A DNA stretch of 64,000 nt from the human T2T-CHM13v2.0 reference genome, Homo sapiens. The position numbers and the translations under genes are program-made. The stretch lies in assembly GCF_009914755.1 (NCBI RefSeq), contig NC_060929.1; one strand, written 5' to 3'. Shown here piece after piece: positions 26,925-38,700 of this stretch. The stretch's first letter is position 1; every line of letters begins with the position of its first letter. Under the pieces are notes generated by a model that was not told the DNA's origin, did not search any database, and saw only the letters and a list, made by a program, of their open reading frames with translations.

Positions 26925-29638
26925 GAATTCCCAGTAACTTCCTTGTGTTGTGTACATTCAACTCACAGAGTTGAACGTTCCCTTAGACAGAGCAGATTTG
27001 AAACACTCTTTTTGTGCAATTGGCAAGTGGAGATTTCAAGCGCTTTATGGTCAATGGCAGAAAAGGAAATATCTTCGTTTCAAAACTAGACAGAATCATT
27101 CCCACAAACTGCGTTGTGATGTGTTCGTTCATCTCACAGAGTTTAACCTTTCTTTTCATAGAGCAGTTAGGAAACACTCTGTTTGTAAATTCTGTAAGTG
27201 GATATTCTGACATCTTGTGGCCTTCGTTGGAAACGGGATTTCTTCATATTCTGCTAGACAGAAGAATTCTCAGAATCTTCCTTGTGTTGTGTGTATTCAA
27301 CTCACACAGTTGAACGATGGTTTACACAGAGCAGATTTGAAACACTCTTTTTGTGGAATTTGCAAGTGGAGATTTCAGCCGCTTTGAGGTCAATGGTAGA
27401 AAAGGAAATATCTTCGTATAAAAACTAGACAGAATGATTCTCAGAAACTTCTTTGTGATGTGTGCGTTCAACTCACAGAGTTTAACTTTTCTTTTCATAG
27501 AGCAGTTAGGAAACACTCTGTTTGTAAACTCTGCAAGTGGATATTCAGACCTCTTTGAGGCCTTCGTTGGAAACGGGATTTCTTCATACTGTGCTAGACA
27601 GAAGAATTCTCAGTAACTTCCTTGTGTTGTGTGTATTCAACTCACAGAGTTGAACGATCCTTTACACAGAGCAGACTTGAAACACTCTTTTTGTGGAATT
27701 TGCAAGTGGAGATTTCAGCCGCGTTGAGGTCAATGGTAGAAAAGGAAATATCTTCGTATAAAAACTAGACAGAATGATTCTCAGAAACTCCTTTGAGATG
27801 TGTGTGTTCAACTCACAGAGTTTAACCTTTCTTTTCATAGAGCAGTTAGGAATCACTCTGTTTGTAAAGTCTGCAAGTGGATATTCAGACCTCTTTGAGG
27901 CCTTCGTTGGAAACGGGTTTTTTTCATATAAGGCTAGACAGAAGAATTCCCAGTAACTTCCTTGTGTTGTGTGTGTTCAACTCACAGAGTTGAACTTTCA
28001 TTTACACAGAGCAGATTTGAAACACTCTTTTTGTGGAATTTGCAAATGGAGATTTCAAGCGCTTTGAGGCCAAAGGCAGAAAAGGAAATATCTTCGTATA
28101 AAAACTAGACAGAATCATTCTCAGAAACTGCTCTGCGATGTGTGCGTTCAACTCTCAGAGTTTAACTTTGCTTTTCATTCAGCAGTTTGGAAACACTCTG
28201 TTTGTAAAGTCTGCACGTGGATAATTTGACCACTTAGAGGCCTTCGTTGGAAACGGGTTTTTTTCATGTAAGGCTAGACAGAAGAGTTCTCAGTAACTTC
28301 CTTGTGTTGTGTGTATTCAACTCACACAGTTGAACGATCCTTTACAGAGAGCAGACTTGTAACACTCTTTTTGTGGAATTTGCAAGTGGAGATTTCAGCC
28401 GCTTTGAAGTCAAAGTAGAAAAGGAAATATCTTCCTATAAAAACTAGACAGAATGATTCTCAGAAACTCCTTTGTGATGTGTGCGTTCAACTCACAGAGT
28501 TTAACCTTTCTTTTCATAGAGCAGTTAGGAAACACTCTGTTTGTAAAGACTGCAAGTGGATATTCAGACCTCTTTGAGGCCTTCGTTGGAAACGGGTTTT
28601 TTTCATATAAGGCTAGACAGAAGAATTCCCAGTAACTTCCTTGTGTTGTGTGTGTTCAACTCACAGAGTTGAACTTTCATTTACACAGAGCAGATTTGAA
28701 ACACTCTTTTTGTGGAATTTGCAGGTGGAGATTTCAAGCGCTTTGAGGCCAAAGGCCGAAAAGGAAATATCTTCGTATAAAAACTAGACAGAATCATTCT
28801 CAGAAACTGCTCTGCGATGTGTGCGTTCAACTCTCAGAGTTTAACTTTTCTTTTCATTCAGCAGTTTGGAAACACTCTGTTTGTAAAGTCTGCACGTGGA
28901 TAATTTGACCACTTAGAGGCCTTCGTTGGAAACGGGTTTTTTTCATGTAAGGCTAGACAGAAGAATTCTCAGTAACTTCCTTGTGTTGTGTGTATTCAAC
29001 TCACACAGTTGAACGATCCTTTACACAGAGCAGACTTGTAACACTCTTTTTGTGGAATTTGCAAGTGGAGATTTCAGCCGCTTTGAAGTCAAAGGTAGAA
29101 AAGGAAATATCTTCCTATAAAAACTAGACAGAATGATTCTCAGAAACTCCTTTGTGATGTGTGCGTTCAACTCACAGAGTTTAACCTTTCTTTTCATAGA
29201 GCAGTTAGGAAACACTCTGCTTGTAAAGTCTGCAAGTGGATATTCAGCCCTCTTTGAGGCCTTCGTTGGAAACGGGTTTTTTTCATATAAGGCTAGACAG
29301 AAGAATTCCCAGTAACTTCCTTGTGTTGTGTGTGTTCAACTCACAGAGTTGAACTTTGATTTACACAGAGCAGATTTGAAACACTCTTTTTGTGGAATTT
29401 GCAAGTGGAGATTTCAAGCGCTTTGAGGCCAAAGGCAGAAAAGGGAATATCTTCGTATAAAAACTAGACAGAATCATTCTCAGAAACTGCTCTGCGATGT
29501 GTGCGTTCAACTCTCAGAGTTTAACTTTTCTTTTCATTCAGCAGTTTGGAAACACTCTGTAAATTCTGCACGTGGATATTTTGACCACTTAGAGGCCTTC
29601 GTTGGAAACGGGTTTTTTTCCTGTAAGGCTAGACAGAA
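26925..29638 (+). repeat. 16-monomer HOR variant R-S-T-Q-P'-Q-P''-Q'' carrying a 4-bp deletion
   Basis: R-to-R distance 2714 bp. ctctgtaaa at ~29555 replaces ctctgtttgtaaa. Confidence 0.85.
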
Positions 29639-32600
29639 GAATTCCCAGTAACTTCCTTGTGTTGTGTACATTCAACTCACAGAGTTGAACGTTCCCTTAG
29701 ACAGAGCAGATTTGAAACACTCTTTTTGTGCAATTGGCAAGTGGACATTTCAAGCGCTTTGAGGTCAATGGCAGAAAAGGAAATATCTTCGTTTCAAAAC
29801 TAGACAGAATCATTCCCACAAACTGCGTTGTGATGTGTTCGTTCAACTCACAGAGTTTAACCTTTCTTTTCATAGAGCAGTTAGGAAACAGTCTGTTTGA
29901 AAATTCTGTAAGTGGATATTCTGACATCTTGTGGCCTTCGTTGGAAACGGGATTTCTTCATATTCTGCTAGACAGAAGAATTCTCAGAATCTTCCTTGTG
30001 TTGTGTGTATTCAACTCACACAGTTGAACGATGGTTTACACAGAGCAGATTTGAAACACTCTTTTTGTGGAATTTGCAAGTGGAGATTTCAGCCGCTTTG
30101 AGGTCAATGGTAGAAAAGGAAATATCTTCGTATAAAAACTAGACAGAATGATTCTCAGAAACTCCTTTGAGATGTGTGTGTTCAACTCACAGAGTTTAAC
30201 CTTTCTTTTCATAGAGCAGTTAGGAATCACTCTGTTTGTAAAGTCTGCAAGTGGATATTCAGACCTCTTTGAGGCCTTCGTTGGAAACGGGTTTTTTTCA
30301 TATAAGGCTAGACAGAAGAATTCCCAGTAACTTCCTTGTGTTGTGTGTGTTCAACTCACAGAGTTGAACTTTCATTTACACAGAGCAGATTTGAAACACT
30401 CTTTTTGTGGAATTTGCAAATGGAGATTTCAAGCGCTTTGAGGCCAAAGGCAGAAAAGGAAATATCTTCGTATAAAAACTAGACAGAATCATTCTCAGAA
30501 ACTGCTCTGCGATGTGTGCGTTCAACTCTCAGAGTTTAACTTTGCTTTTCATTCAGCAGTTTGGAAACACTCTGTTTGTAAAGTCTGCACGTGGATAATT
30601 TGACCACTTAGAGGCCTTCGTTGGAAACGGGTTTTTTTCATGTAAGGCTAGACAGAAGAATTCTCAGTAACTTCCTTGTGTTGTGTGTATTCAACTCACA
30701 GAGTTGAACGAACCTTTACACAGAGCAGACTTGTAACACTCTTTTTGTGGAATTTGCAAGTGGAGATTTCAGCCGCTTTGAAGTCAAAGGTAGAAAAGGA
30801 AATATCTTCCTATAAAAACTAGACAGAATGATTCTCAGAAACTCCTTTGTGATGTGTGCGTTCAACTCACAGAGTTTAACCTTTCTTTTCATAGAGCAGT
30901 TAGGAAACACTCTGTTTGTAAAGTCTGCAAGTGGATATTCAGACCTCTTTGAGGCCTTCGTTGGAAACGGGTTTTTTTCATATAAGGCTAGACAGAAGAA
31001 TTCCCAGTAACTTCCTTGTGTTGTGTGTGTTCAACTCACAGAGTTGAACTTTCATTTACACAGAGCAGATTTGAAACACTCTTTTTGTGGAATTTGCAAG
31101 TGGAGATTTCAAGCGCTTTGAGGCCAAAGGCAGAAAAGGAAATATCTTCGTATAAAAACTAGACAGAATCATTCTCAGAAACTGCTCTGCGATGTGTGCG
31201 TTCAACTCTCAGAGTTTAACTTTTCTTTTCATTCAGCAGTTTGGAAACACTCTGTTTGTAAAGTCTGCACGTGGATAATTTGACCACTTAGAGGCCTTCG
31301 TTGGAAACGGGTTTTTTTCATGTAAGGCTAGACAGAAGAATTCTCAGTAACTTCCTTGTGTTGTGTGTATTCAACTCACAGAGTTGAACGATCCTTTACA
31401 CAGAGCAGACTTGTAACACTCTTTTTGTGGAATTTGCAAGCGGAGATTTCAGCCGCTTTGAAGTCAAAGGTAGAAAAGGAAATATCTTCCTATAAAAACT
31501 AGACAGAATGATTCTCAGAAACTCCTTTGTGATGTGTACGTTCAACTCACAGAGTTTAACCTTTCTTTTCATAGAGCAGTTAGGAAACACTCTGTTTGTA
31601 AAGTCTGCAAGTGGATATTGAGACCTCTTTGGGGCCTTCGTTGGAAACGGGTTTTTTTCATATAAGGCTAGACAGAAGGATTCCCAGTAACTTCCTTGTG
31701 TTGTGTGTGTTCAACTCACAGAGTTGAACTTTCATATACAAAGAGCAGATTTGAAACACTCTTTTTGTGGAATTTGCAAGTGGAGATTTCAAGCGCTTTG
31801 AGGCCAAAGGCAGAAAAGGAAATATCTTCGTATAAAAACTAGACAGAATCATTCTCAGAAGCTGCTCTGCGATGTGTGCGTTCAACTCTCAGAGTTTAAC
31901 TTTTCTTTTCATTCAGCAGTTTGGAAACACTCTGTTTGTAAAGTCTGCACGTGGATAATTTGACCACTTAGAGGCCTTCGTTGGAAACGGGTTTTTTTCA
32001 TGTAAGGCTAGACAGAAGAATTCTCAGTAACTTCCTTGTGTTGTGTGTATTCAACTCACAGAGTTGAACGATCCTTTACACAGAGCAGACTTGTAACACT
32101 CTTTTTGTGGAATTTGCAAGTGGAGATTTCAGCCGCTTTGAAGTCAAAGGTAGAAAAGGAAATATCTTCCTATAAAAACTAGACAGAATGATTCTCAGAA
32201 ACTCCTTTGTGATGTGTCCCTTCAACTCACACAGCTTAACCTTTCTTTTCATAGAGCAGTTAGGAAACACTCTGCTTGTAAAGTCTGCAAGTGGATATTC
32301 AGCCCTCTTTGAGGCCTTCGTTGGAAACGGGTTTTTTTCATATAAGGCTAGACAGAAGAATTCCCAGTAACTTCCTTGTGTTGTGTGTGTTCAACTCACA
32401 GAGTTGAACTTTCATTTACACAGAGCAGATTTGAAACACTCTTTTTGTGGAATTTGCAAGTGGAGATTTCAAGCGCTTTGAGGCCAAAGGCAGAAAAGGA
32501 AATATCTTCGTATAAAAACTAGACAGAATCATTCTCAGAAACTGCTCTGCGATGTGTGCGTTCAACTCTCAGAGTTTAACTTTTCTTTTCATTCAGCAGT

Positions 32601-35600
32601 TTGGAAACACTCTGTTTGTAAAGTCTGCACGTGGATATTTTGACCACTTAGAGGCCTTCGTTGGAAACGGGTTTTTTTCCTGTAAGGCTAGACAGAAGAA
32701 TTCCCAGTAACTTCCTTGTGTTGTGTACATTCAACTCACAGAGTTGAACGTTCCCTTAGACAGAGCAGATTTGAAACACTCTTTTTGTGCAATTGGCAAG
32801 TGGAGATTTCAAGCGCTTTGAGGTCAATGGCAGAAAAGGAAATATCTTCGTTTCAAAACTAGACAGAATCACTCCCACAAACTGCGTTGTGATGTGTTCG
32901 TTCAACTCACAGAGTTTAACCTTTCTTTTCATAGAGCAGTTAGGAAACAGTCTGTTTGAAAATTCTGTAAGTGGATATTCTGACATCTTGTGGCCTTCGT
33001 TGGAAACGGGATTTCTTCATATTCTGCTAGACAGAAGAATTCTCAGAATCTTCCTTGTGTTGTGTGTATTCAACTCACAGAGTTGAACGATCCTTTTCAC
33101 AGAGCAGACTTGAAACACTCTTTTTGTGGAATTTGCAAGTGGAGATTTCAGCCGCGTTGAGGTCAATGGTAGAAAAGGAAATATCTTCGTATAAAAACTA
33201 GACAGAATGATTCTCAGAAACTCCTTTGAGATGTGTGTGTTCAACTCACAGAGTTTAACCTTTCTTTTCATAGAGCAGTTAGGAATCACTCTGTTTGTAA
33301 AGTCTGCAAGTGGATATTCAGACCTCTTTGAGGCCTTCGTTGGAAACGGGTTTTTTTCATATAAGGCTAGACAGAAGAATTCCCGGTAACTTCCTTGTGT
33401 TGTGTGTGTTCAACTCACAGAGTTGAACTTTCATTTACACAGAGCAGATTTGAAACACTCTTTTTGTGGAATTTGCAAATGGAGATTTCAAGCGCTTTGA
33501 GGCCAAAGGCAGAAAAGGAAATATCTTCGTATAAAAACTAGACAGAATCATTCTCAGAAACTGCTCTGCGATGTGTGCGTTCAACTCTCAGAGTTTAACT
33601 TTGCTTTTCATTCAGCAGTTTGGAAACACTCTGTTTGTAAAGTCTGCACGTGGATAATTTGACCACTTAGAGGCCTTCGTTGGAAACGGGTTTTTTTCAT
33701 GTAAGGCTAGACAGAAGAATTCTCAGTAACTTCCTTGTGTTGTGTGTATTCAACTCACAGAGTTGAACGAACCTTTACACAGAGCAGACTTGTAACACTC
33801 TTTTTGTGGAATTTGCAAGTGGAGATTTCAGCCGCTTTGAAGTCAAAGGTAGAAAAGGAAATATCTTCCTATAAAAACTAGACAGAATGATTCTCAGAAA
33901 CTCCTTTGTGATGTGTGCGTTCAACTCACAGAGTTTAACCTTTCTTTTCATAGAGCAGTTAGGAAACACTCTGTTTGTAAAGTCTGCAAGTGGATATTCA
34001 GACCTCTTTGAGGCCTTCGTTGGAAACGGGTTTTTTTCATATAAGGCTAGACAGAAGAATTCCCAGTAACTTCCTTGTGTTGTGTGTGTTCAACTCACAG
34101 AGTTGAACTTTCATTTACACAGAGCAGATTTGAAACACTCTTTTTGTGGAATTTGCAAGTGGAGATTTCAAGCGCTTTGAGGCCAAAGGCAGAAAAGGAA
34201 ATATCTTCGTATAAAAACTAGACAGAATCATTCTCAGAAACTGCTCTACGATGTGTGCGTTCAACTCTCAGAGTTTAACTTTTCTTTTCATTCAGCAGTT
34301 TGGAAACACTCTGTTTGTAAAGTCTGCACGTGGATAATTTGACCACTTAGAGGCCTTCGTTGGAAACGGGTTTTTTTCATGTAAGGCTAGACAGAAGAAT
34401 TCTCAGTAACTTCCTTGTGTTGTGTGTATTCAACTCACAGAGTTGAACGATCCTTTACACAGAGCAGACTTGTAACACTCTTTTTGTGGAATTTGCAAGC
34501 GGAGATTTCAGCCGCTTTGAAGTCAAAGGTAGAAAAGGAAATATCTTCCTATAAAAACTAGACAGAATGATTCTCAGAAACTCCTTTGTGATGTGTACGT
34601 TCAACTCACAGAGTTTAACCTTTCTTTTCATAGAGCAGTTAGGAAACACTCTGTTTGTAAAGTCTGCAAGTGGATATTGAGACCTCTTTGGGGCCTTCGT
34701 TGGAAACGGGTTTTTTTCATATAAGGCTAGACAGAAGGATTCCCAGTAACTTCCTTGTGTTGTGTGTGTTCAACTCAAAGAGTTGAACTTTCATATACAA
34801 AGAGCAGATTTGAAACACTCTTTTTGTGGAATTTGCAAGTGGAGATTTCAAGCGCTTTGAGGCCAAAGGCAGAAAAGGAAATATCTTCGTATAAAAACTA
34901 GACAGAATCATTCTCAGAAGCTGCTCTGCGATGTGTGCGTTCAACTCTCAGAGTTTAACTTTTCTTTTCATTCAGCAGTTTGGAAACACTCTGTTTGTAA
35001 AGTCTGCACGTGGATAATTTGACCACTTAGAGGCCTTCGTTGGAAACGGGTTTTTTTCATGTAAGGCTAGACAGAAGAATTCTCAGTAACTTCCTTCTGT
35101 TGTGTGTATTCAACTCACAGAGTTGAACGATCCTTTACACAGAGCAGACTTGTAACACTCTTTTTGTGGAATTTGCAAGTGGAGATTTCAGCCGCTTTGA
35201 AGTCAAAGGTAGAAAAGGAAATATCTTCCTATAAAAACTAGACAGAATGATTCTCAGAAACTCCTTTGTGATGTGTCCCTTCAACTCACACAGCTTAACC
35301 TTTCTTTTCATAGAGCAGTTAGGAAACACTCTGCTTGTAAAGTCTGCAAGTGGATATTCAGCCCTCTTTGAGGCCTTCGTTGGAAACGGGTTTTTTTCAT
35401 ATAAGGCTAGACAGAAGAATTCCCAGTAACTTCCTTGTGTTGTGTGTGTTCAACTCACAGAGTTGAACTTTCATTTACACAGAGCAGATTTGAAACACTC
35501 TTTTTGTGGAATTTGCAAGTGGAGATTTCAAGCGCTTTGAGGCCAAAGGCAGAAAAGGAAATATCTTCGTATAAAAACTAGACAGAATCATTCTCAGAAA

Positions 35601-35756
35601 CTGCTCTGCGATGTGTGCGTTCAACTCTCAGAGTTTAACTTTTCTTTTCATTCAGCAGTTTGGAAACACTCTGTTTGTAAAGTCTGCACGTGGATATTTT
35701 GACCACTTAGAGGCCTTCGTTGGAAACGGGTTTTTTTCCTGTAAGGCTAGACAGAA
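29639..35756 (+). repeat. Two tandem 18-monomer HORs (3059 bp each), R-T-Q-P-Q-P-Q-P''-Q'', lacking a full S dimer
   Basis: R starts at 29639, 32698 and 35757. Many private SNVs repeat at an offset of 3059. Confidence 0.88.
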
Positions 35757-38700
35757 GAATTCCCAGTAACTTCCTTGTGTTGTGTACATTCAACTCACAG
35801 AGTTGAACGTTCCCTTAGACAGAGCAGATTTGAAACACTCTTTTTGTGCAATTGGCAAGTGGAGATTTCAAGCGCTTTAAGGTCAATGGCAGAAAAGGAA
35901 ATATCTTCGTTTCAAAACTAGACAGAATCATTCCCACAAACTGCGTTGTGATGTGTTCGTTCATCTCACAGAGTTTAACCTTTCTTTTCATAGAGCAGTT
36001 AGGAAACAGTCTGTTTGTAAATTCTGTAAGTGGATATTTTGACATCTTGTGGCCTTCGTTGGAAACGGGATTTCTTCATATTCTGCTAGACAGAAGAATT
36101 CTCAGAATCTTCCTTGTGTTGTGTGTATTCAACTCACAGAGTTGAACGATCCTTTACACAGAGCAGATTTGAAACACTCTTTTTGTGGAATTTGCAAGTG
36201 GAGATTTCAGCCGCTTTGAGGTCAATGGTAGAAAAGGAAATATCTTCCTATAAAAACTAGACAGAATGATTCTCAGAAACTCCTTTGTGATGTGTGCGTT
36301 CAACTCACAGAGTTTAACCTTTCTTTTCATAGAGCAGTTAGGAAACACTCTGTTTGTAAAGTCTGCAAGTGGATATTCAGACCTCTTTGAGGCCTTCGTT
36401 GGAAACGGGTTTTTTTCATATAAGGCTAGACAGAAGAATTCCCAGTAACTTCCTTGTGTTGTGTGTGTTCAACTCACAGAGTTGAACTTTCATTTACACA
36501 GAGCAGATTTGAAATACTCTTTTTGTGGAATTTGCAGGTGGAGATTTCAAGCGCTTTGAGGCCAAAGGCAGAAAAGGAAATATCTTCGTATAAAAACTAG
36601 ACAGAATCATTCTCAGAAACTGCTCTGCGATGTGTGCGTTCAACTCTCAGACTTTAACTTTTCTTTTCATTCAGCAGTTTGGAAACACTCTATTTGTAAA
36701 GTCTGCACGTGGATAATTTGACAACTTAGAGGCCTTCGTTGGAAACGGGTTTTTTCATGTAAGGCTAGACAGAAGAATTCTCAGTAACTTCCTTGTGTTG
36801 TGTGTATTCAACTCACAGAGTTGAACGATCCTTTACACAGAGCAGACTTGTAACACTCTTTTTGTGGAATTTGCAAGTGGAGATTTCAGCCGCTTTGAAG
36901 TCAAAGGTAGAAAAGGAAATATCTTCCTATAAAAACTAGACAGAATGATTCTCAGAAACTCCTTTGTGATGTGTGCGTTCAACTCACAGAGTTTAACCTT
37001 TCTTTTCATAGAGCAGTTAGGAAACACTCTGCTTGTAAAGTCTGCAAGTGGATATTCAGCCCTCTTTGAGGCCTTCGTTGGAAACGGGTTTTTTTCATAT
37101 AAGGCTAGACAGAAGAATTCCCAGTAACTTCCTTGTGTTGTGTGTGTTCAACTCACAGAGTTGAACTTTGATTTACACAGAGCAGATTTGAAACACTCTT
37201 TTTGTGGAATTTGCAAGTGGAGATTTCAAGCGCTTTGAGGCCAAAGGCAGAAAAGGAAATATCTTCGTATAAAAACTAGACAGAATCATTCTCAGAAACT
37301 GCTCTGCGATGTGTGCGTTCAACTCTCAGAGTTTAACTTTTCTTTTCATTCAGCAGTTTGGAAACACTCTGTTTGTAAAGTCTGCACGTGGATATTTTGA
37401 CCACTTAGAGGCCTTCGTTGGAAACGGGCTTTTTCCTGTAAGGCTAGACAGAAGAATTTCCAGTAAATTCCTTGTGTTGTGTACATTCAACTCACAGAGT
37501 TGAACGTTCCCTTAGACAGAGCAGATTTGAAACACTCTTTTTGTGCAATTGGCAAGTGGAGATTTCAAGCGCTTTAAGGTCAATGGCAGAAAAGGAAATA
37601 TCTTCGTTTCAAAACTAGACAGAATCATTCCCACAAACTGCGTTGTGATGTGTTCGTTCATCTCACAGAGTTTAACCTTTCTTTTCATAGAGCAGTTAGG
37701 AAACACTCTGTTTGTAAATTCTGTAAGTGGATATTCTGACATCTTGTGGCCTTCGTTGGAAACGGGATTTCTTCATATTCTGCTAGACAGAAGAATTCTC
37801 AGAATCTTCCTTGTGTTGTGTGTATTCAACTCACACAGTTGAAAGATGGTTTACACAGAGCAGATTTGAAACACTCTTTTTGTGGAATTTGCAAGTGGAG
37901 ATTTCAGCCGCTTTGAGGTCAATGGTAGAAAAGGAAATATCTTCGTATAAAAACTAGAGAGAATGATTCTCAGAAACTTCTTGGTGATGTGTGCGTTCAA
38001 CTCACAGAGTTTAACCTTTCTTTTCATAGAGCAGTTAGGAAACACTCTGTTTGTAAACTCTGCAAGTGGATATTCAGACCTCTTTGAGGCCTTCGTTGGA
38101 AACGGGATTTCTTCATACTGTGCTACACAGAAGAATTCTCAGTAACTTCCTTGTGTTGTGTGTATTCAACTCACAGAGTTGAACGATCCTTTACACAGAG
38201 CAGACTTGAAACACTCTTTTTGTGGAATTTGCAAGTGGAGATTTCAGCCGCGTTGAGGTCAATGGTAGAAAAGGAAATATCTTCGTATAAAAACTAGACA
38301 GAATGTTTCTCAGAAACTCCTTTGAGATGTGTGTGTTCAACTCACAGAGTTTAACCTTTCTTTTCATAGAGCAGTTAGGAATCACTCTGTTTGTAAAGTC
38401 TGCAAGTGGATATTCAGACCTCTTTGAGGCCTTCGTTGGAAACGGGTTTTTTCATATAAGGCTAGACAGAAGAATTCCCAGTAACTTCCTTGTGTTGTGT
38501 GTGTTCAACTCACAGAGTTGAACTTTCATTTACACAGAGCAGATTTGAAACACTCTTTTTGTGGAATTTGCAAATGGAGATTTCAAGCGCTTTGAGGCCA
38601 AAGGCAGAAAAGGAAATATCTTCGTATAAAAACTAGACAGAATCATTCTCAGAAACTGCTCTGCGATGTGTGCGTTCAACTCTCAGAGTTTAACTTTGCT

